Made by a program: the position numbers and the translations under genes. The notes under the pieces are model-generated. The model was not told the DNA's origin, did not search any database, and saw only the letters and a list, made by a program, of their open reading frames with translations. From Marsupella aquatica (taxonomy: Eukaryota; Plantae; Marchantiophyta): a stretch of 64,000 nt of DNA. Positions 37,601-47,021 of the stretch are shown piece by piece. The stretch covers positions 16,026,330-16,090,329 of the forward strand of contig OZ316898.1 of the NCBI GenBank assembly GCA_973895155.1, read 5' to 3'. Positions within the stretch are counted from its first letter, which is position 1; each line of letters opens with the position of its first letter.

Positions 37601-40600
37601 TTGAGAGTCATGGCATGGAATGTTTCGGGACTTTCCATAGAAACAGCAATTGGAGGGGAACCTTTGTTTGAGAATTTTGACATCTTGCTTTTCACGGAGA
37701 CTTGGGAATATGAGGGAAATGCTCTACCTAGCATTAAAGGCTTTACTTGCATACAATCCATCTTCAATGAGAAGAAGACCACACGGGGAAGAGGGTTTGG
37801 AGGCATTGCTGTCTACACCAAGAATCAACTTCAACACATCACCTCTATTGAGCATGAAGATCCCAGCAAACAGTTCATGGTGGTGAGACTTCATACCAGA
37901 GGTACTCCATCATTTCTGATTGTCACCTACTTTGCTCCCCTTAATATGAATGTCTATAAGATGGGAATTGCTGATGCACATTATCCATTTCATAGGTTAA
38001 TCCAAGTCATTCATGATATATCACCACTAGGGGAGACATGGATAGTGGGGGACTTTAATGCCAGGATATCTAATGAACAATTTACTGAAAGTGAGGACTT
38101 AGGAACTTTACCTTGGTCATCATGTAGTGAAGAGCTACCTTGGGTGAGAGAGGCTCTTGACACCAGAACAAATGACATGACACGTCACTTTTTGCATTTG
38201 GGAGCTTCTTGTAATCTAAGAATATTGAATGGGCTTGAGAGATTTCCCCAATCATCTGGTTACACTTTTAGATCTAAACAAGGATGTAGTACCATTGATT
38301 ACCTTCTTGCCACACCTACCTCTGCCACTAGAGTGGTTGACTTTCAAATACTTGATCAACAACCAGAGTCTTCACACTTGCCTTTGTTGTTCCATCTTGA
38401 CCTGACCACAATCCCAAACAAAGTGCATAGAAAGCCAGTACCCAAACCTCTGTTTCTAGACCCTGATAGAGAAGTCATCTTCAAAGCCAACTTTGAACAT
38501 CTTCTCCATACCCTGGATGATCAGATTGAGCTCTCAGAAGTCATAGTACAAGCAGCAGCCTCTACTTTCTCCACCAAACCCCCTAGAAAGCAAAACATGA
38601 AGGCTTGGTTTGACGAGGATTGTGCTAGAGCAAGGATGCAAGCAAGATCACATTCAGGGGAAAAGAGACTTTTGGCATTCACTATGTACAAGAACTTCAT
38701 CAAACACAAGAAGAGGTGCTTCTTGAAGAGTCATCAACAATCACTATGTGAGGAGTTCATCAAACATCCAAAACGTTTTTGGGAGAGAATGCAATCAGGC
38801 AAGACTACTCCCCCCTTGGATCACCAGGACCTGGTAACCTATGTCACATCCTTGTATTTCTTTCCAGATGCTAGTGGCATGCCTTTGCCCCTTGGGGACA
38901 CCATTCAGTTTACAGAGAGGGAGGTGAAGGTGCATCTTTCCCACATGCAACATGGGAAAGCTAAAGATCTGTTGGGCCTGAACTTGGAGCTTCTTTTGTG
39001 GGGAGGACCCTCTTTATTAACAAACTTGGTGCATGAGCTGAATCAAGCAATGGCTTTAGGTTTACCTAAAGCTTGGATGACCAGAAGAGTGGTGCCTATC
39101 TTCAAGGCAGGCAACAAGGACGATGTGCACAACTACAGAACCATCATGGTAGGCAATACTTTTGCTAAAGTTTTGGGAGGACTACTTGAAGCCAGATTAA
39201 GCTCTTGGTTGGAGAGTGAGATGAAAAGGGCACCTTCACAAGCAGGTTTTAGGAGAGAATTCAGCACTATGGATCACATTCTCTGCTTGAGGGTGTTGTG
39301 TGAAAAGGCCAAATCTCCACATAAACCATTATTTTGCTTGTTTGTGGACTTCTCCAAGGCCTTTGACAAAGTTTCCCGATCCAAACTTTGGGATAGGATG
39401 GTGGAGTTGGAAGTGCCTGAAGAGCTCAGGTTGGCTGTTTCTAAATTGTACCAAGAAGTGCGCATCAAACTTTCAAAGGAAACCTCTGAAGAAATCTGGA
39501 GCACTCTTGGGGTGATCCAAGGTTGTCCTCTCTCACCAACTCTATTTGGCATCTTCATTGATCAGCTACACAACATTTTGGAGGAGCATGGTGGAGTTGG
39601 CACTCAATTGGGTAGGTTTGTCCTCCAACTTCTTATATTTGCAGATGATGTGGTCCTACTTGCTCATGCTCAAGAAGCTTTGCAAAGACATCTCAATGCC
39701 TTGGAGGAGTTTTGTCAAGCAACAGGGATGGTAGTCAACCTCAAGAAGACCAAGTGTTTGGGCATTGGCACACGACAAAATCCAGAGCTCTACTTCCAAG
39801 GGAATCTGGTGGAATTTGTGAGGACCTACAAATACCTTGGGGTGGAGTTCTCTCAAAACTTGAGTTGGGCCTCATGTGTAAAATCTAGGGCTGCCAATGG
39901 GTACAGAGCTTTTTATGCATTCATGAACAAATGCAAAAGAGCTGGTCTACACACTTGGAGGTTAAGGAAACATCTCTTTGGAGCTTTGGTGAAACCAGTC
40001 ATTCTTTATGGAGCACCAATTTGGGGAGCAGGTGTGTCTAAATCTGGGTGGCAACAGATTGAGGGGCTGCAAAAGCTATTTCTTGAGATGGAGCTTGGGA
40101 TCAAGTCACAAACCCCATATACACTTACACTTGCAGAGGCAGGCTTGTTTCCTTTGGAGGTGGAGGCACTCTTCCACACACTCAAATACATCATGCGTGT
40201 AAGAGAGTTGGAGGAAAACAGATTTCCTTTTCATGCCTTGCGCTCATCTTCAGCTAAAGGGTGGTATGCAGATGTGTGCAGGTGGGCCCATGCTTGGGAT
40301 TTTCCTGAACATGAATGGCCAACACACCCAACCAAGCTAAGAGCAAAACTTGAGCAAAAGGCTTTGCACAAACTTTGGCATGAACCTAGCCCACGGCAGC
40401 AATACTACATGAGAGATGTGAACCCAATGAAGAAATATCGAGAACAAGAATACTTATCGAGCACTATCTCAGTACAACTTAGACAACTTATTGCTCAGTA
40501 TAGACTAAGCTCACACCACCTTGAAGTAGAACAAGGGAGATGGAAGGATATTGACAGGAAAAAGAGGGTTTGTCAACTATGTGATAGCTCTAGTATAGAG

Positions 40601-40804
40601 AATGAATATCATGTATTCATTGCTTGCAAGTTTTATGAGGGGGTTAGGATGGCATCTCAAATCTTGGTGAAAGATTTGTATGCATTGTTTAATCTGCCCC
40701 CTCAGCAACTTGGAAGATATATCTTTGCGGTGGATAGGGAAAGGAGAATAGGTTTGGAAAATCTTTCAGGGCTCTCTAGGTCCATAGTTTCTTTGAGGAC
40801 ATAG
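37601..40804 (+). CDS. LINE ORF2: AP endonuclease, reverse transcriptase and C-terminal Cys/His domain (1067 aa; true start uncertain)
   Basis: WNVSG, FTETW, VGDFNAR, STIDY (APE); NYRTI, QAGFR, FVDFSKAFD, GVIQGCPLSPTLF, FADD, YKYLG (RT). Confidence 0.95.
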   Translation: MRVMAWNVSGLSIETAIGGEPLFENFDILLFTETWEYEGNALPSIKGFTCIQSIFNEKKTTRGRGFGGIAVYTKNQLQHITSIEHEDPSKQFMVVRLHTRGTPSFLIVTYFAPLNMNVYKMGIADAHYPFHRLIQVIHDISPLGETWIVGDFNARISNEQFTESEDLGTLPWSSCSEELPWVREALDTRTNDMTRHFLHLGASCNLRILNGLERFPQSSGYTFRSKQGCSTIDYLLATPTSATRVVDFQILDQQPESSHLPLLFHLDLTTIPNKVHRKPVPKPLFLDPDREVIFKANFEHLLHTLDDQIELSEVIVQAAASTFSTKPPRKQNMKAWFDEDCARARMQARSHSGEKRLLAFTMYKNFIKHKKRCFLKSHQQSLCEEFIKHPKRFWERMQSGKTTPPLDHQDLVTYVTSLYFFPDASGMPLPLGDTIQFTEREVKVHLSHMQHGKAKDLLGLNLELLLWGGPSLLTNLVHELNQAMALGLPKAWMTRRVVPIFKAGNKDDVHNYRTIMVGNTFAKVLGGLLEARLSSWLESEMKRAPSQAGFRREFSTMDHILCLRVLCEKAKSPHKPLFCLFVDFSKAFDKVSRSKLWDRMVELEVPEELRLAVSKLYQEVRIKLSKETSEEIWSTLGVIQGCPLSPTLFGIFIDQLHNILEEHGGVGTQLGRFVLQLLIFADDVVLLAHAQEALQRHLNALEEFCQATGMVVNLKKTKCLGIGTRQNPELYFQGNLVEFVRTYKYLGVEFSQNLSWASCVKSRAANGYRAFYAFMNKCKRAGLHTWRLRKHLFGALVKPVILYGAPIWGAGVSKSGWQQIEGLQKLFLEMELGIKSQTPYTLTLAEAGLFPLEVEALFHTLKYIMRVRELEENRFPFHALRSSSAKGWYADVCRWAHAWDFPEHEWPTHPTKLRAKLEQKALHKLWHEPSPRQQYYMRDVNPMKKYREQEYLSSTISVQLRQLIAQYRLSSHHLEVEQGRWKDIDRKKRVCQLCDSSSIENEYHVFIACKFYEGVRMASQILVKDLYALFNLPPQQLGRYIFAVDRERRIGLENLSGLSRSIVSLRT

Positions 40805-40932
40805 TTGTCCTCTTCTGAGCAATCTCTTTTGGTTGCTCTTTTCTTTGATTGCATTGTACTTTACTTTTTGTGGCAGCTCCTTTGACTTTCATGGTCCCGG
40901 AGCTTATAATACATTACCATTACCATTACCAT

Positions 40933-41200
40933 AACCTTTTGAGTGACTCACCATCGCAGTCCATAAAAGACTGAAAAAGACTCACCAAACCTACCCACAC
41001 AAAGATTACAATAGACTGAAAATCCAGTCTATAAAATGACTTATAAACCAGTTCTATAAAGGACTCAGTTGATTATAGTAACAAAACATACGACTCATAG
41101 TCCTATAAAGGACTGGAGTCCTTCCCAGTCGTTTCCAAGTCCTATACGGTACTGAATAGTTGTTTTATGGGGTCTAAATACCCCCCGGTTTCTACTAGTG
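40933..41200. mobile_element. Terminal fragment of a second CACTA element
   Basis: Ends TTTCTACTAGTG (reverse complement CACTAGTAGAAA) at 41200. Repeated subterminal (GT)CTATAAA..GACT motifs. Confidence 0.7.
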
Positions 41201-42382
41201 GTGGCACGCATGAAGAACAAGGACTACTTTGACCGGAAACATCGGATTTGACCTCGAGTGATTGAAGAGGGCGATTGGGTGCTTATTTATGAGAGCAACC
41301 TTGAAAATCAGCATTCTACGGAAAAGAAGTTTGCACAGAGGTGGCGAGGACCGTTTGTAGTGACAAGAATTCATCCAAATGCTACTTACTCCATTCGAGA
41401 ACTCGACCGAACGGAACATCAAGGGAGATATGCCGGCAAGAGAGTGAAGATTTTCAAGCGGAGGCAACAGGAATTGGAGGACACCTTGGAGGATTCTGAT
41501 GGCAAAAATGGTGAAGATGAAGTTCGAGAGAGTGGCATTCATGGCAAAGAGAAATGAAATTTTAGTCTTACTTGACTTGTTTTTCTTGTTTGAAAGAATC
41601 TGGATTTGAGATTGAGGGAAGTAGATGAGAGAAATGAGATTAGAAATTTATTCATATAATAGACTAGTTGAGAGTTAAAGAACTTATTTGGATTTAAAAG
41701 TTCTGGTTTTAGAGTTTCCTAGAAAATTAAGTTTTGGTGCAAGAATGTTTTCACCTTTAGAATTGATGAAAGAATGTAGACTTAGGCTTATGTTAACATA
41801 TTAGGAATTATTTTTGTTTTAGAGATTCATTTAGAGTGCCATTTTTTGGAAAGGAGAGAATATTTTAGGTTGTTCATTACTCGGCTTAAGGTTACTCGAC
41901 TCAGTTCAGCTCAGCGCGCTCAGCTCAGGTCACTCAGGCTCATGGTTCATGTAATTTGAGATGGGACTCCTGAAGATGATGGTGGTGTAGGCCGGAGGCT
42001 ACACAGGTTCGGTGGGGGTGAATGTCGTCGGGAAAAATGTTTGACGATTGAAGTGGAGTGTGCTGGATCTAGTCGACTTGCTTTTGTCCGGCTCAAAATG
42101 ATAAAGTTCTCTGTTTGTGAAGGAGAGAAAAATAGAGCAAACTGAACTTTAAAAGAAAAATAATGGGACAAAAGAGGAATAAAAGGGTGAAAGTTGGAGC
42201 TTAGGCATAAGGATTGTGAGGCATTTAATGTGGCGGTGACACGTGGTGGCCTGGGAGGATTCGAATTTGATAAGGACATAGTGTCATTGCGGTTGAGAGT
42301 GGAGGTTAGAGAGGGAATCGGAAGCCATGCGCGCATTGTAGGTTCGAGTGGAGAAAAAGAGGAAGGAAGCCGAGTGTGTGTG

Positions 42383-45300
42383 TGTGGTGCATCCCATGGC
42401 TCCCTAAACCCAAGAAACCCCCCAGCTCAAGCCGATTCCCGTAGGTTTCGCGCTTGGCGAGGCCGTTTCCGTGGCTTAGCGGCATGGGACGCTACTAACC
42501 TCCTCCTACTATTACTATTAGCCTTTTACACACATATACTGGACAGATCCTTCATCGGGTCATGAGATACGTAGCCGGCCTAATCTAGGCCTTCCCTTGT
42601 CTTCCTCTCCTTCTGGTTAGGTATGTTTGGATTCCGCCGCCGGAATGATCCCCAATAGGCTTGGTTAAGCCGCTAAGACCTCTCTCAGCTCGACACATCC
42701 AACTCTCACTCCCTTGTTTACTTTCCTTCCTTCTGGTAGATGTGGGCACTCTTCACACAAGTTAATGCGACACACAAATAGCAAAATGACTCCTTTTGAC
42801 TGAGTCATACCATGCACTTGCCATACAAACAGTATATCTCATACACAAGCTCTGCGAACTAAGCCGTGAGGCCAACTCTATTCAGCTCTTAGGCATGAGG
42901 AAACATGAATATACACAAGGTCACGGTATGACTAACCGAGTGCTTCTCTTACTACTTGATCCCAGCCCGGCTGGTGCAAACTAAAAACTTGCTAAAGAAG
43001 AGGCCCTTAGCTCCCCGCTGCCCAGGTACTTATCCTGGTAGTGGATCCGCCTAATTCTTTGCAGCGTAAGCCTAATCTACCTAACAGTAATCTACCTGCC
43101 CGAAACTACCTATGTACAGCAAGGCAGGAGCACAAGTGTTGCTCCTACCAGTGGAACCGCAATCCCACTAAGCTAAGTGTCAGGGCCGCTCCTGGTGCTG
43201 ATCCTAATCCTAAACTTGGAGATCAGCGCCCGCCTTGCCCACTCACGCCTCCTACCTCCACGTCCGCCTTTCCTAAAAGGAACGGCGCCCTTGCACCGTC
43301 ACGACACCGGTGGTGGATCCTCAATGGACGCCCCCAATGCTTCCTCCGCAACCACTGCCGTTGGTCCGTCCTCTGACAGATTACCTGCCTCTGACCGAGT
43401 CAACTTTTCGGCATGACTGGGCCCACGCTCGTCTTCGGCATCGGCTCGGGAATCATTCTCGGCTACGGCCTCAGCCTCGGCTTCAGCCACTGTCTCCCCG
43501 GCCTGCTCAAGAGGTGGATCTGGGATACCGGCCTCATTATTGAGTAGTCTGGCTTGGGCCGCGCCATCCCCACCTTTGGTGATAGCGGAATCTATTGCCG
43601 TGTTCATGCCGGAGGTTGGTGCCGGTTTGAGTACGGCTTGAGGGGTCGAATAACCTCCGGACCCCGAAGGTTTCCGCTTCTTCTTCTTCACTATCTCCAC
43701 AACCTGTTCCTTCCCTTTGCCGCCAACGTTCGGCACCGGGCCGTGTGTCACGGCTGGTCCTTTGGTAATTACCACCCCTGGTAACTGGTTTGCCCCAACG
43801 GGAGATGGACCTGATGCAGCTAAGCATTTAAATACTGCGGCTTGTTTCTTCAGCCGCTCAGTTTGGTTGTCGGCCCGCCGCTGTAGGTTCTCCATCTTCC
43901 TTGTGATTTCCTCCAACTCCTCCTGGGTCTCATCCAGGTCCTTACGTGCCTTCTCCAGCTCATTTTTGGCTTCCTCCAATTCCCTGTGGGCTTCCTCCAA
44001 TTCCTTCTTGGTGGTAGCCCTCTCCTCCCGGGTTGCTCTCAGCTCCTTGTCAAGCTCCGCTACGACCTCAGACTCCATGTTATTCATCTTGGCATAAGTC
44101 TGGTCGAGTTGGGCGTCCTTCTCCCGCAGGTCGGCCTTGAAGTTGGCCGTCAGGGATGCAAGCTCCTGCTGTAGCGCAATAATCCCTTGATAGGATTTCC
44201 CTAACTCGGCCTCCTTCTGCTCAAGGACTCCGCGGATTTTCTCGAGCTCCCCCTTCAACGCCCATTCCTTTCTTTGAGTCTCCGCCGTGACCCGGTTGTT
44301 GACTGCTATACGGGCCTCCTCTGCGTTTCTCATCTCCTTCTTCCATTTCTCCCTGTCCTTGATTGCGTCGGCCAATTCTCCCTGGGTCTGAGTCAGTTTA
44401 TCCTTGATAATCTGATTATCAGCCTGCGCTGTGTCCAACTGCCCCTGCATGATGTTCAGCTCATGCCGCTTAATCCGCAGTTCATATTGGGCTTTCTTGG
44501 CCGCCTTTAGATCTTCAATCTCGGCTTCCATCCTCCTAAGCCGCCGGATGACCTCGTCCTTCTTGCTTCTCTCTAAAGCCACCGCTTCTTCTAATTGGTT
44601 CTTCTCCAACTGCTCCCTATGAAAAAAGGGTCCTACCTCCAACTCCTCCCCAAAGATGCCAAGCGCAAGTTCCCCACACATCTCACCATACTCCATGGCT
44701 CTATTCTTAGCATAGGTGGAGTAAGTAGAAGTGATCGGCATCGCCCATCGCGGCCTCTGCTCCCAAGCCATCTTGCGGATCTCTTCAATCGTGGCTAGAG
44801 GTTGGCTTCCCTTTTTGGCTAGCCGCCTGATGTCCTCCAGCCAATCTCCTCCTGGAAAATCCTTTTCCCTAGCCAGGGCTGCCTTCTCTTCTTGCCTGAT
44901 TCGCTCCTGAAATTCCTGCGCCGTCTGTTTTATGCCGTCAAAGCTCGGGGGAGCAACATCTAGTGGGGGAGACTCAGGGCTACTCAGGTTGGGGTCCCCT
45001 CGTACTACCCTTGGAAGTGTGGGGATAAACCGGCCACAGGTCCTTACTCCTGGAACATGATGGTCCGACCCATAGCCGGAGTTATCATGGCTGTAGTCCT
45101 CCACTGCCTCCTCTACTTCTTGGACTTCCGGCTTCTCCCTCTCTTCTTCGTCGGTAGGAGCTTCAGGCAATTCTGCCTCAGATTCAGAGCTTGAGACTCC
45201 CACGTACATTCGAACACCCGGCTTGGATTCTGGCCTGATTCTGCTTAGGTTGACCTCTGGGGCAGTGTCCTGTATTGGTGCTGCTGCCGAAGCCGGAGCC

Positions 45301-47021
45301 GGTGCCGTCTTTTCCTTCTCCAGCATTTTCAGCAGATTCTGTATGCTTGGTTGCTGCATCGGCAAGTCTTCCTTCCTTGGCCTGAACACCTGCTCAATCG
45401 TAGGGCTAACAGGTGGTTGAGGCTTCTTTGCTACCGGCCTCGGTGCTGGGGCTTCCTCGGGTGCCCTTACCTGCAGGGGAAGTACTGGGGCGAAGGTCTG
45501 ACCTCTGGCATACCGGCACAACAGCGGCATGTGATAGCCAAGCCGCGACACGCTCCCCATGCCGATTACCTGCTGCTCCTCCTTTAAGATCTTCTTCAAT
45601 TGGTTGAGGAGGTACCCATTGTAGTCCCGGCTTGGGTCTGGCCTCTCTGCCAGATAGACCTGTGCCTTGCCGATCTCTGCCCTCGGCAAGTTACAATGCA
45701 TGGTCACCCGCAAGAAGTCGATCATCTCTCCTATGTGCGGGTTGGTGCAGGTGTTCTGGAAGAAGCCATTCTTCGTTGATGGCCCGGGGAATGACCGGAA
45801 CTCCTTGTCAGGCAAGGTCTTCCTGGTATCAACTTTGGTCTTATTGCCTATCGGCAAGCCAAACACTTCGGCAATCACCTTGGGAGTAAGATAGAAATCC
45901 TTCCCATATATCCTCGTGCAATTGGTCTCGGGTTCCCATGACCCCACGAATTCTAATAGGTCTGAATCCGGTACCTCCGGCTTCAGCCATGGTAATCTTA
46001 CAAAGGCCTCTAAGCCGGATCCGGCAATGAAGCCTTGGTACTTCTTGGTCTGCATGGCCGTAAAGCATGCATCCTCCTCCTGTGCAAAATGTAGTTGCAC
46101 CTCCGCTGGTAGGGTTGCCGCCCAGCCCTTCCAAATGTCATCCCTGGTTGGAATGGCATTGATGGGATCGTCCTCCTCCTCTTCGGCTTCTCCCTGCCTC
46201 CTGCTCTGCTGCTCGGCTGGCTTCTTTGGTGCCGCCGACCTCGTTCTTTTTTCCGGGTGGCTTCATCGTTGATGGCTCCCTTCCTCTTCATCTCGGTTGC
46301 CGTGGAGGTTTCTCCTAGCACCGTTGCCTGGGTCCACCTTTCCGTGCTACCCTTCAATTCCCAGTGTATGTCGTTGCAGTTCTTGATGGCCTCTCGAATG
46401 CCGATGATTCTGTCTTTGCAAAACAGAAGATCGTCGAGCTGATTGGAAGTAGGAGTCCACAAGAACTCGGCCTTGATGAGTTCGCCTCCTAAGAAAGCCG
46501 TCTTCTGCAGCTCCCACAATCGAGCTCGCTCCTATTGTTCTCGAGCTGCCCTTTCTGATTCTTTGTCCTCGTAAGTCTTGATGTACTCAGTTGCCCGTTC
46601 GAACAGGCATCCCCAGAAATGTGCCGCTTGATTGACGTTGCTCATACCCTCCTTGAGTCGATCGTTGGTATCTATTCCCACCCCGCGTGCTTGCCTAAGC
46701 AGCTGACAGTAGTTGGCCTTCCGTAGTCGTCTGCCTAGTTCGTGCTCGCAAATGAGCCACCATCTCCTGCAAGCGCTCCTTACCCCTCTCCTCTTTCGGT
46801 CCTTTCTCCCGTTGATCCTTCCTAGCCGTCGATGCTTAGCGCGCCCTAACCCTAATCTTGTTTTCACCCCCAACGTCCTTACCTCCGGCCTCGGCCCGGG
46901 TTCCATAGTCGCCCCTAATTGTTTATATTTTCCTTGTTTTGTCCCTATACTAAGGTGTTTCTAGGGTGCACTCCTGCTTTACCCACTTAACTGGCCGAGT
47001 GATTCCTGGCTAGGCATCACA
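42383..47021 (-). mobile_element. Giant ORF-containing solo-LTR-like unit, copy B (4,639 bp, 5-bp TSD)
   Basis: TGTGGTGC...GCATCACA termini, the same as copy A. GTGTG at 42378-42382 and 47022-47026. Confidence 0.9.
43299..46906 (-). CDS. ~1,200-codon protein: basic NLS-like patch, plant-mobile-domain-like region, Pro-rich linker, long coiled coil, acidic tail; one stop (~46533) and one frameshift (~46255)
   Basis: 933 uninterrupted codons (43299-46100) plus upstream pieces 46010-46519 and 46532-46906, which are one frame in other copies. Motif LLEFVGSWEPETN...GKDFYLTPKVIAEVFGLP. Confidence 0.75.

Larger units (their letters stand above)
36531..40932 (+). mobile_element. Apparently intact RTEX-like LINE (family A): ~1.2 monomers, ORF1, ORF2, 3' UTR, (CATTAC)n tail
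   Basis: Two uninterrupted ORFs and terminal ATACATTACCATTACCATTACCAT. Clade inferred from ORF1 type and the C-terminal RLSSHHLEVEQGR..C..C..ENEYH...C motif. Confidence 0.9.

Noticed and set aside
43299-46100. Host myosin/SMC-like gene or retroviral env
   Set aside because: It is intronless, multi-copy and inside TG..CA termini, with no motor/ATPase motifs, signal peptide or transmembrane segment.
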